DNA from: Octopus vulgaris
Lineage: Eukaryota
Reading direction: 5' to 3'
DNA length: 64,000 nt
Assembly: GCA_951406725.2 (NCBI GenBank)
Contig: OX597817.1
Span: forward strand, 23,188,001-23,252,000
The notes under the pieces are model-generated. The model saw only the letters and a program-made list of their open reading frames with translations. It made no database searches and had not been told where the DNA came from. The position numbers and the translations under genes were made by a program. This document shows positions 14,101 to 27,258 of this stretch, in pieces (the first letter of the stretch is position 1; the number at the start of each line of letters is the position of its first letter).

Positions 14101-14925
14101 AATAAGTGTTTCACAACAAACTATTGTGTATACGTTACGTAACGTATATATAATACAGAAAACCACTAAAACTGAATTTGTCTTTGGTGAGCATCGCATG
14201 TAGACGTAAGAACTAAAATTCAGAAAAATGTGTCAGTATCAAACAAAAATTCTTCACCAGCGTTGGGGAAATTATTAAATCAGAATTTCTATTCCTTTGC
14301 ATGTCATCAGTAGCAAGTATCTACAATCAATCTTATGCTTTCCTTCTACTGATATTGCAAAATTGTGATTAACAAAGCACTAGCATTGCAAATAACTCAC
14401 AGTATAGGTAAAAATTCGTCTTTAGCGACCGAATACATATTGGCCCAATAAAGCATTCTCTATATCCCCCTTAACGTGTGTTTTACAGAAAGATAATAAA
14501 CTGATGTATTCTTCTTGAAGCAGCTCATTGCATAAACGTATAGTGTTAAAACGCACAGACTTTCCTCAGTGAGAAGCAATGGTCGATAATTTAAACTCTT
14601 GGCTTTGAAGCACATAAAGAAAATATATCATAATCTGGCGATTCAACCATCGTTACTAGACACTTTTCGTCTGCTACCAATACGTTTTTGTTTGCTTTTC
14701 AGCACTATACGTCTATACATGAAAACCTCTTGAGGTGAATATTGCAGCAATATGATTTCCTATACTATATATACGTTAAGTAAGATATATATATGGAATT
14801 CTATATTTGTATATATTTGTATATACATTCACACACACAAACCCATATAAAAAATACACACAGACGCACACGCACACACTTATATGTACTTATATGTGCT
14901 TGTATATTTATGCATACACAGAAAG

Positions 14926-14963
<38 letters not shown>

Positions 14964-15607
14964 GTATATGTATAAGTATCATGAGATACACAGACCCATA
15001 CATACATATCTTCATCTATATTTACGTGAATGGTTGAGGGCTCTCTCTCCATATATGCTGTGATTGTATGCATATACATGCACATACATGTATGCATATA
15101 CAAATAAACATCTTGAGTCAGATAGAATGACAGAGGCAGAAAATGAAATATATTTACATAAAACATTGTAACAGCATATCTTACTGGAAGTGCATAAACT
15201 CAATGTCGATTTGAATTAACGTATGCATTTGTTAATCCTATAGTTATTAAGAAACGATAGGGTTAGTTTACATACGAATACACTCGCGTTTATCAACATA
15301 CAAACATACATACATACAAACATACATACATACAAACATACATACATACTGACACACGCACTCACACGCACATGTAGAACAGCCTTTCTTTCCTTCCCTG
15401 CGCGTCTTTTAATACTTTGCATTACCACGTCCTTGCGTTGTTGTTTATCCTATCTTCATTTTTTGGGATTAATTATATATATATGTGTGTGTGTGTGTGT
15501 TTGTGTGTGCGTGTGCGTGAGTGTGTGTGTATGTATGCATGTATATATATATATATATATATAAACATATAAATATATATACATACATGTATATATCTCT
15601 CTATATG

Positions 15608-15690
<83 letters not shown>

Positions 15691-15692
15691 CT
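15608..15692. repeat. (TCTA)n microsatellite
   Basis: Direct reading; another tract at 16506-16600. Confidence 0.95.
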
Positions 15693-16505
15693 ATATATAT
15701 ATTATATATATATATATATATGTATGTATGTGTGTTTATGTATGTATATATACTTACATAATCATAAACTCTCACATATATATTCATATACATGTGTGTC
15801 TGTGCTTATGTACGTATATAAATCTACCTACATAGACATACATACAAACTCACACATGCTCTTAGTATATAGGTGTCAATTTGCACATGTACATCGTCGT
15901 ATATGAAATGACGGGTTTCAATGGCATTAGTTTTCTCGGTTGTCGTCAAGATATTCGTTCGCTCACAGTTTAATTGCAGGCATATATTAGCACGAAATTA
16001 ATTACGTCCTTTTCTCCTAGTTTTGACGTATTCACATTCAGTATACACACTTACAGAACCTCAGCATAGACTTCATAAACTGTTCTCTGACACTTGGAAG
16101 TAATGGTGATGGAGAAACATAAAAATAGCATATATCTATATAGCCGTACAAGTATATGGTTACATACAACCCTACAGCTAGGGTTTCGCCCCGTCATTAT
16201 CAGAGATGCAAGGGCTAATTTGTAGCTGCATATAATGATTGCCTAATAAATCTGATGTTGATGTTTATTACACCTATTAGAAGCAGGACTTGACTTTGAA
16301 ATAAAAGCGAATAATTTGGTATGAAATTTCTGGTGTGCAGAATAAAACGAATACAAAAGATAGAAATGAAAGAACTTCATATACACAACAAACGAAATAT
16401 AAACGAACGGTGGATAGATCTTGCTCTAGAATAACATGTAATTGTTCATTAAAACAGAATTATTCTTTATTTGCCCTGAAAGTATATTTCCAAGTTTGTT
16501 CATTT

Positions 16506-16600
<95 letters not shown>

Positions 16601-16741
16601 GTGTGAACACTAGCAAACAGACACATATCTGCATATATATGAATAGTTGTGTATGTGTGTGTGCTTTACTGTTTAAGGTTTAATTTTTACGCCTCTGTAC
16701 TTACGTTCTTTCAGATGTTATCTAGTGTATATATATAACTA

Positions 16742-16942
16742 TCGTCAGGTCGCTCTAGTGTGCTATTGGTAACATGTAATACAGTACAACCTGTTGCATG
16801 GTCAGGTCGTGTGCGACTAAACTGGCAACCCCACCAGACTTGCTTGGTGAGGAGGGTGTGTTGGACACCCTACGAGATAAAAAAATAAGAGCCGTGAAAG
16901 GGCGGAGGAATTCCATGAACAGTCAACGGCGATCCAACAAAA
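16742..16942 (+). mobile_element. GC-richer interspersed repeat, possible LINE 5' UTR fragment
   Basis: Compositional island with gcgactaaactggcaacccc; family assignment is by resemblance only. Confidence 0.3.
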
Positions 16943-17199
16943 TGTTTGTGAAAATAAAAATAAATAAAAATGAATGTTTGTAATATATATGTCATATTTT
17001 AAATTTTAAATCGTATTTCTACTTATATATTTTTACTTTTATGTATATATTATCTTCTAATTCTCAGTGGTATATCTTATCTATATATATCATTTTACAC
17101 TTTATTTTTATTTTTGTTTTTATGTATATCCTTGCGTGTGTGCGTGTGTGTGAGCGTGTGTGTGTTTCCTTGTGTGTGTGTGTGAGTGTTTGTCTGTGT

Positions 17200-17540
17200 C
17201 AGGTCAGGCTACCGCTGCTACCAAAATGGCAGTAGATGGTACAACCTGCGCCTGTTTCTGCTGCCTTGTAGACACATGCAGGAGTACGAAATGCTATGGG
17301 AGTAAACCCAAACAGAAAATCCGGAGAGAGGGCCCCTAAGGCAGTTAGTTGATGGGGAGGGATGATCCAAACCATGTTCTGGCAGCCCTTGCAACATTGC
17401 GGGTTCCAAATGTATTGACCTTGTCTCTCTTTTGGAGTAAATCAGTGAAGTCGAGAAGGAGTGCGTGTAAATTGCACGTTCTCCATGCATTCAGAGCATT
17501 TAGCTTAGCCAAGGACTTCGAATTTCTGGGAGGAGGCTGC
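17200..17540 (+). mobile_element. Probable RTE-clade LINE 5' UTR fragment
   Basis: gctatgggagtaaaccc...gaaaatccggag...cccctaaggc resembles RTE/BovB-type 5' regions; bounded by (TG)n and (GA)n. Confidence 0.4.
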
Positions 17541-18409
17541 AAGAGAGAGAGAGTGAGAGAGAGAGAGAGAGTGAGTGAGACAGAGAGAGAGCATATGGGG
17601 AGGACACTTCATACTTGCTGTAACAGGCAAGGAAAACAACACGAAAGTGGCAGTTTACGGGTTATGAGGCATCCTTACTTGGTGAAGTGGGATGTCGCCA
17701 CGGATCATCTTCGACGATACGAGTGATTTGACTAAATTGACAGCTACTCACATTACTCGCAAATACATCTGAAAAGAGAATGTTATACTGGTTATTATAA
17801 CAAATTCGGAAATTGTTGAAGTAGAAATCCTCCGCGGCTCTTTGAATATAATTATAGAAATGTTATTCCACTACTTACAACCAGTTTGAAGATAATGATT
17901 TTTTAACAGTCCTAGCGTCCATATCGTATTCCTTCTATGCTCTTTCATCACTGTGAGTATTCAACGCCGCACTATATTTTTACTGCGTTAGTCAGCATGT
18001 ATTCTACAGCCTATAACGTTACATAGTTAAAAATATATATAGTAAAATCAAATCAATTTATGTCTTGCTATATACATCCTTCTGCGACTGTATTAAATTA
18101 ACGTTCACAACAGCAACATATTCCCTTGTATACACTCGTTCAGCGTTTGTCAAAATTGTAAAATAATAAATAAGTATTCTATGAAAAATTATCCCTTGTT
18201 GAGTTGCATTTTGTTTTTGTTTGCCCATTGACTCACAGCGTGTAGATTAGACTGGAGTTCACTTCGATCTTCTTCATTGATAATTTCCTGGATGTTCGGA
18301 GTCTTCAGCGAATATTTACACTTTGCTGCGTTTTATGACGCTCGAATGGTCGTTTATTTAGACTATAAGAGAAGTTCCCTGAGGAACACCACTGGTAACT
18401 TTTGCTGGC

Positions 18410-18475
<66 letters not shown>

Positions 18476-18514
18476 ATGTGTGTATGTGTGTGTGTGTTTG
18501 TGTGTGTGTGTCTG

Positions 18515-18556
<42 letters not shown>

Positions 18557-19309
18557 CGTACCTTAAAATCCTTAAATCCTTAAAAATGTTTCAGCGCCAA
18601 AGCTGGGGCCATTTTAACACATTGAAACTTCAACAGCTAATATGTAATCCAAATAAAACGCAGGTTTGATACAGGCGCAAGGTTATGTCATCATTTGGTT
18701 TCCTCGTTGATATTAAGTGGAAAGTTTGTTAGTCCAATAGAGAGACCAGTAAACCGGCAAACAAAGCACTCACTGATTTGAGCGAAAACTGGTTAAACTA
18801 GAATTATATATATATATAATCTCTCGTAAGAAGCATTGCTCTAAATTTACGATGTACGTGGCATTTTCCTGCACATACTAACGCAGACAGGTCGAGCTCT
18901 AATACTTTGTGTTAGAAACTTCTCCAGAGTCTAGAGTTATGTATTCAATACACATACACATAATCACACATAACTATCTCAAACATAGTTGTGTACCTGT
19001 GTGCGTGTGTGTGTGTGCATGTGTGTGTTTGTATCTGTGTGTCCGTGCGTTTGTCACTACGCATGAAATGGTGGAAGCATGTGTGGCTGTATGTACACCA
19101 AATATAGATAAAGAGATAGATCAAGGCGCAGAAAATATATAAAACTGATATATGGTGTGTTTCAATGATTTATATGTATTCACATACTTTAGAAATACTA
19201 GAAAAGAGGTAGATACTTAATCTACATATCTACATTCATACATAAAGACACACATGTCTGGATATCCATCTATTTACACACATCTGCACACTCATATAGG
19301 TGCGTGTGT

Positions 19310-19424
19310 GTGAATATATATGTATGTATGAGTATCTTTATATATACATCAGTATATATATATATATATATATATGTTTATATTATATACGTATACATAT
19401 ACTTTTATATGTATATATACATAC

Positions 19425-19507
<83 letters not shown>

Positions 19508-19544
19508 CATATACACACATATATATAGATATATATATATATAC

Positions 19545-19576
<32 letters not shown>

Positions 19577-19654
19577 CATATATATATACATATATATATA
19601 CATGTATATATACATATATATATACATATATACACATATATATATATATATATA

Positions 19655-19725
<71 letters not shown>
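19310..19725. repeat. Long degenerate (TA)n/(TACA) tract
   Basis: Direct reading. Confidence 0.95.
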
Positions 19726-19727
<2 letters not shown>

Positions 19728-20383
19728 TATATCATATGTGTGTGCGAGCGTCTGTGCGGTATTACCTGTCCTTTTGTGTATTGTGCTGGCTGTTTCAATT
19801 CGCAAATATGTTTCTCGGGTTTTGATACTATCAGCGTTGCAGCGCAATTTTAATACCTACGTCTTCTTTCTTGTTCCTAACAATAAAGTAGATCTATTTA
19901 TATGTAATCTTCTTCTTGTATCGAAGCAGATCAGTTGATGACAGTCTCTATGGAGCGTAATACCATTCCTAAGAGAACCTTTTCATATAACATAGAATGC
20001 AACCAATGAGCTTTCGGCAAACCTTCTACAATTCTACTTTAAGTAACATACCATGAATCAGTTGACAGATTTATGACAGTCTCTGCTTTCTTTGTTTTCG
20101 TTAATGCACGTACATACTTGCTCTCACACATGCACACATTCACACGCACACACACACATACACACACACACATGGTATTATGTGCATAAGTCTTTCTATG
20201 TGTGTCAAACGTATAGAATAAAAGCACAAAAAATTACATACGTACATACACTCACAAACACAAATATATACTTTCGTGTTTATTGACTATTCACTTGTCC
20301 ATGAATTGCTAAAGACATATTTACTTATAAATGTAGTTAAAACTAACACAAATGGATATGTATGTATATGTGTGTGTTTATAA

Positions 20384-20439
<56 letters not shown>

Positions 20440-20529
20440 CTCTGTGTATCTCTGTGTATATATGTGTATATATGTATACATGTGCATATGGATACATATA
20501 CAGATATATACATATATACATACATACAT

Positions 20530-20594
<65 letters not shown>

Positions 20595-21013
20595 ATAGAT
20601 AGATAGATATAAATATATATATTTATTCATTTATACACACTCTCTCTATAAATTACATATATATTATTGTGTCTGGGGAGAGTAATACTGTTTTAATGCC
20701 TTATTAATTAGCACACTTACTGGTTCGATATCCACTTATTTATGTTTTCCTAAAAGTTTTCTTACTTCTTGCAATCTGTTCAATAGTTTTAGAGTCAACG
20801 ACTATTGAAGAGGTTGAAAGAAGCAACGGGAATTTTAGAAAAAAATAAACAAGCATAGGCATAGGAGTGTGGTATGTAGCTTGCTTACGAACCACATGGT
20901 TCCGGGTTCAGTCCCACTGTGTGGCCTCTTGGGCAAATGTCTTCTACTATAGCGTCGGGCTAATCAAAGCATTGTGAGTGGATTTGGTAGACCTAAACTG
21001 GAAGAAGCCCGTC

Positions 21014-21072
<59 letters not shown>

Positions 21073-21076
<4 letters not shown>

Positions 21077-21266
21077 ATCCACACATAAAATCACAAAGAG
21101 AAAACACAACAACGCGAGGACGTGGAACAAGTTTAGTGTTATTGGACGCTCAGGAAAGAAGACGGGTTTAACGTTTCGAGCGGAGCTCTTCGTCAGAAAC
21201 ATAGGAAAAGGAAAGATCCAAAGAAGGGAAGACGGAGGAAAAAATCGCCAACGGTACACACGTGAC
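21073..21266 (-). mobile_element. PLE-type terminal fragment containing a hammerhead
   Basis: Abuts (TA)n; shares aacgcgaggacgtgg-like sequence with 44400-44420; contains an HHR motif. Confidence 0.6.
21166..21200 (-). ncRNA. Minimal type I hammerhead ribozyme motif
   Basis: gttt-CTGACGA-a-gagc(tcc)gctc-GAAA-c-GTT-aaac; stems I and II pair; palindromic ACGT stem III. Confidence 0.75.
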
Positions 21267-21317
21267 GTATGTGTGTGTATACGTTTGTGATTGTGTTTGT
21301 CCCCAACAAATAACAGC

Positions 21318-21473
21318 TTACACAAAATAGCTGCACTCAGCTCCCACCACGGCTTCAGGACTGCCCTGGAACCTGATGCATACTTTCCTCACCGTATCCC
21401 GGGGAAGATCTTTGAACACTTGCTTGATGTTGCGCTCTGTGTTGCAAGCAGTGTGGTTAGTGTCTTTTTCAAT
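21318..21473 (-). pseudogene. Tc1/mariner (maT-like) transposase C-terminal fragment
   Basis: IEKDTNHTACNTERNIKQVFKDLPRDTVRKVCIRFQGSPEAVVGAECSYFV* resembles ..ACxRFxxRLEAVVxAxGxYF termini. Confidence 0.65.
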
Positions 21474-21489
21474 AAAGGAATATAGATAT

Positions 21490-21871
21490 GGAAGCACTCC
21501 GTCGGTTACGACGACGAGGGTTCCGGTTGATCCGAATCAACGGAAAAGCCTGCTCGTGAAATGAGCGTGTAAGTGGCTGAGCACTCCACAGACACGTGTA
21601 CCCTTAACATAGTTCTCGGGGATATTCAGCGTGACACAGAGAGTGACAAGGCCGGCCCTTTGAAATACAGGTACAACAGAAAGAGGAAGTAAGAGAGAGA
21701 AAGTTGTGGTGAAAGAGTACAGTAGCGATCACCACCATCCCATGCCGGAGCCTCGTGGAGCTTTAGGTGTTTTCGCTCAATAAACACTCACAACGCCCAG
21801 TCTGAGAATCGAAACCGCGATCCTATGACTGCGAGTCCGCTGCCCTAACCACTGGGCCATTGCGCCTCCAC
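21490..21871 (-). mobile_element. Full-length tRNA-headed SINE family C with 12-bp TSD
   Basis: Head ggaggcgcaatggcccagtggttagggc...gtttcgattc; TSD gaatatagatat at 21478-21489 and 21872-21883. Confidence 0.9.
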
Positions 21872-22819
21872 GAATATAGATATACACAAGAAATCGCTAC
21901 GCGTAAAATGAACTTTGCCCGTTCAGTTTAATATTCTCTAATCTATCACTTATCGATGCATTACTCACAATAACACATATTTTCAAACATTGAAACTACT
22001 GTAAGGTCCTTCATGCTATTCTAATTTTGTATTAGGGTCTTCTCTTATTCTAAGCACTCACCCGCATTGCATGTATTGTAATGTGTAGACAAAAATGTCT
22101 GTGGGCAATCGAAGATTTACGATCACCGATCTCTCTTCAGCTTAATGTGTTTAATATATAGGAATGTAATTAATATGAGGCAGACATATTACAAAGGAAT
22201 CAATCTAATACTAAATATTAATTAAATGCAATTGCAATCCAATACAATGTGTTTCCGGGAACATCTACGGCAGTAATCAACTGGAAATATATTTTAATTA
22301 GGTGAGTATAAATGGAGATGAGATAAAGGCATAGCGGTGTTACCATGAAACCAAGTAGTTATTGATAAAGTATATTTGCTATAAACAAATGACTTGAATG
22401 TTTCTGAAATTGCAACTTAGAACCATCGACAAAGACACGAAGAAAACAAGACAGCGTATCTAAATTCAAGTATAATCATTTAACGCATCAGGCACTCGAG
22501 AGAACGATATAGTCAAGAGCATATTGAAAAATACGAAAGAAAATTCCGTTTAATCCCGTAAACTAAAGATATCTTTTGAAATTGATTTTGGTAAGTCTAT
22601 AAAAATATTTTACTTCTACAGAAAATTTTTTTTAAATGTAAAAGAAAAAAGAAAAAGCTCCCTTATCTTTGAATTTAATTCTTGTCTTGATCACTTATCG
22701 ATATCGAGACAACGTTTTCGATATAATTTGCAAACAATTATTTAATTATCTTGTGTTAAAAATGAACTGTTTATATAGAATTCTTGGAAATCTAAACAAA
22801 ATATTTATATATATTGGTT

Positions 22820-23020
22820 TCACATTTTGGCAAATGGACTGTAATTTCGAAGGATGAGGCAATTCAATTACATCTGCTCCAGTGCTCAACTTAATTTATC
22901 GATCCCGAAGATATGAAAGGTAAATTCGACCTCGGTAGAATTGGAACTCAGAACGTAAAGACGGCCGAACTGCCGCAAAGAATTTTACCGGATGTGCTAA
23001 CGATACTTCCAGCTCACCGA
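22820..23020 (-). mobile_element. SINE family B, diverged
   Basis: gaaaggtaaattcgacctcggtagaattggaactcagaacg is similar to 53165-53210. Confidence 0.7.
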
Positions 23021-23234
23021 TATTAAAAATTATTTATAATTTGTGCTAAAATTTCAAATGGATCTTTGTTAACTGGAGTACAAAAGGAAACGTGATAGCC
23101 GCATTATTACAATGGTTACTCTGGCACAAGAATCGGTGCATTGGCTTATACTATACCTATACTATAAAAGAGATACCTGCTTATTGATTAGGTATGTAAC
23201 AATTACTAAAAGTACTAAAAGAAAGCAATATTTT

Positions 23235-23705
23235 TATACCTTTATTGCCCACAAGGGGGCTAAAGATAAAGGGGACAAACAAGGACAGACAAAGGGACTA
23301 ATTCGATTACATCAACACCAGTGCGTAACTGGTACTTATTTAATCGACCCCGAGAGGATGAAAGGCAAAGTCGACCTTATCAGAATTTGAACTCAGAACG
23401 TAGCGGCATGTGGCGCAATGGATAACGCGTCTGACTACGGATCAGAAGATTCCAGGTTCGAATCCTGGCAAGCTCATACTCATTTTATTTCGGTATCATT
23501 TGGGAGAAAGTCGTGCTAATGAACATTTTACACTATACATGTTAAAAATTAAAGCACATATTCATGATTATGCGTATGCACGTTGTGTGTGTGTGTCAGC
23601 ATGCGCGCTTATCTGTCTCTCTGACAGTAAATAGAGGTCAGTAAAGAGATCAGCGCGCAAGCAGTAAAGGTTAAAGCCTAGCGTGCTAACAATTCTGCCA
23701 GCTAG
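23235..23705 (-). mobile_element. SINE family B interrupted by a tRNA-bearing insert
   Basis: Matches 53047-53263 up to gaacgtagcggca (23408) and resumes at gcctagcgtgctaac (23677). Confidence 0.85.
23404..23476 (+). tRNA. tRNA-Arg(ACG), probably pseudogenic (imperfect acceptor stem)
   Basis: tggcgcaatggataacgcgtctgactACGgatcagaagattccaggttcgaatcctggcaagctc has canonical D, anticodon and T arms, followed by a T-run at about 23483. The 5' acceptor strand cggcatg has two mismatches. Confidence 0.9.
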
Positions 23706-24179
23706 TCTGGAAATATTTTTATAAAAACATGTTTTAAGAAATTGCATATAATTTCGATTTCTGAAGTTTATTGACGCAAATTTAAATATTCATTGCATTC
23801 ACTGCAGAGTAGATTTTAATGGGTAATAATAAACACTATTAATTCGTTGCAAGCAGAATTTTACGTTTATATTTGCCCCAGTCTCTCATTCTCGCTCGTC
23901 TCTATTTTCATTAATGATAATTTAATAATAGCTACATAACTTTGCTACGAGACGATTTCAAGAATATTATCAGTTTCCGGAGTTTGATAAATGAATATTT
24001 TTATAAAATGAATATTCTGTAATATGCAGGTATAATATTTTTTAAATGAAGAAGTGATTTTGTTGGTATTGCTACTTGGAACGCTATAAGCCTTACAATA
24101 ATCGTTGCTATTTCTAGCACGTTAAACAAGATAGTGTTTAACGAACTTTCATTTATATATAATATGCGACTGAAAAAGA

Positions 24180-25174
24180 AAATTTCGAACTAGGTTCTCA
24201 TTCCTAAGGTATTTTTCGATGTTATTATTATCGAGGTCACTGCCTCGATTTAGACTCGGAACATTGGGGTTAGTAGCCCGGGATCTTAAACGCTACGCCA
24301 TATACCTGTGGGTAATTGCGGAGTGAATTTTTAGGGCTTATAAATCTAATATTTTCGTATCCTTCCTTAATACCGGTTCCTCTATGCTATTCATATCTGC
24401 ACTCGGTCTGATTCTGAAGTTGTTGTGCTGCTTCTTTTAGTTTTCGTATTTTCCAGTGTTTTTTTTCTGTCTATTATATTAACTTCATCCCACAGGGGGA
24501 GGTGGTCCCTATTTTTCCATACATTATCAGCTATAACTGATTTATCAATATCTCCTCGTGTCACAGCTTTGCGATACTCCTTTACCCTTATTTTGAGAAG
24601 GTTGCATGGATTAGGAGTACACGCAGCTTTTGGTCATATTCCCTTCTATTGTCGATTTTACCCGAAGGAGATATTTGCGAAGTGTTGTATTACTCATGAA
24701 TACTGTCATGATGTCATATGGGCAGCATATCTTTTTGTATCTTTTCGGAGAGGCCTTAGACAGAGTGTAGACACTTTAGCCAGTTTATTGGTTTCAACCT
24801 CTAATTTCTGCATAATTGGAGTCGATAGTATCTTTTGGGGGGAGTTGTTGCTTAATAGTTTGTTATTGAACTTGATCATTTCTTCGTGGTGGGTATCACG
24901 ATCGCTGCTTATATTCTTTGATCGATGTTTTACACTGTATGGATGGTGGGAATTGAAGGTAAGGTATCGTCCAGTGAAGGTCGGCTTGCAGTATACCTTA
25001 AGAATGAGAACCCAGGTTCGAAATTTCCCCAAGGCACCTGATGAAGGCTGGAGGGTATATCAGCCGAAACGTCGTGTTAACATCAAACAAGATGAGGACA
25101 AATATCCGTCAAATGTAAATGATATAAATAATGTAAATAATGTACATAATTCTTCATCTCTTAAATATAGAACT
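24180..25174 (-). mobile_element. Penelope-like retroelement, 5'-truncated, with inverted pseudo-LTR
   Basis: Minus-strand VYCKPTFTGRYLTFNSHHPYSVK (PLE RT thumb) and KIRVKEYRKAVTRGDIDKSVIADNVW (GIY-YIG). 24180-24211 is the reverse complement of 24994-25026. Confidence 0.9.
25033..25078 (+). ncRNA. Type I hammerhead ribozyme in the PLE pseudo-LTR
   Basis: ggcac-CTGATGA-a-ggctg(gagggtatat)cagcc-GAAA-c-GTC-gtgtt. Confidence 0.85.
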
Positions 25175-25177
25175 GAA

Positions 25178-26485
<1,308 letters not shown>

Positions 26486-27258
26486 GCTATGGATGACTAA
26501 AATGATTTAAAACCGGAAATGGAGGCCCTAACCTGAGCTGCGCAAGAGCAAGCACTAAGAACCAATTATATCAAATACAGAACAGACACCACAGCAGAAA
26601 GTGATAAGTGCAGAATTTCTGGACAAAATGGTGAAACCGTATGGTATATTACCAGTGAATGTACGCCACTAGCCCAGAAAGAATGTAAGAGACGTGATGA
26701 AAATATAACAAGCACTGTCCATTGGACACTTTGCAGCATGTATGGACTTGACAGATCAAAAAGGTGGTATGAAAATAAATTCGAAAGCATCATCGAAAAT
26801 GATAATGCAAAGATCCTATGGGATTTTATGATTCAGTGCGACCATGAGATAGAGGATAGGAAACTAGACATAGTGTTAATTGAGAAAGAAAGCAAACGTT
26901 GCTGGATCATAGATATATCATGACCAGCTGACAACAAGGTATGCGATACGAAAGAAAAAAGTCCATAGAAATAACAAATTAGCTTGGGAGGTTAAGTAGT
27001 TGTGGTCATTGAAAAGTTGGTAGTAGTACCAATAATTGTCGGAACCCTGGCAATAGTGAATAAAAATCTTGAGAAGTACATGGAATAAATAGGAGCTGCA
27101 ATAAGGGTGGAGCACTTGCAGAAAACAGGACTGCTTAGAACTGCTCGAATACTCCGGATGGTGCTTGAAAAATGAGGGGTGAACCTTAGTGAACAGCTGA
27201 CACCGTAGTACATCTCCAGCGTTAGAATCTGTGCAAATAAAATAAAATAATAATAATA
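26486..27258 (+). mobile_element. 5'-truncated R4/Dong retrotransposon
   Basis: AAQEQALRTNYIK...DKCRISGQNGETVWYITSECTPLAQKE...KILWDFMIQCDHEIEDRKLDIV...LQKTGLLRTARILR; starts at (TAA)n and ends aaataataataat. Confidence 0.9.

Larger units (their letters stand above)
20857..21308 (+). mobile_element. SINE family A, interrupted within its (TA)n by a PLE fragment
   Basis: Head at 20857-21015 (ggttccgggttcagtcccactg); resumes at 21267-21308 (tgtgtttgtcccc). Confidence 0.8.

Noticed and set aside
21800-21871. SINE heads as tRNA genes (also 31493, 35880, 36818, 54840)
   Set aside because: They have A/B boxes but no full cloverleaf, and continue into SINE bodies.
22410-22597. Strong donor site ttg|gtaagt
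   Set aside because: Upstream frames contain stops; no support for a coding exon.
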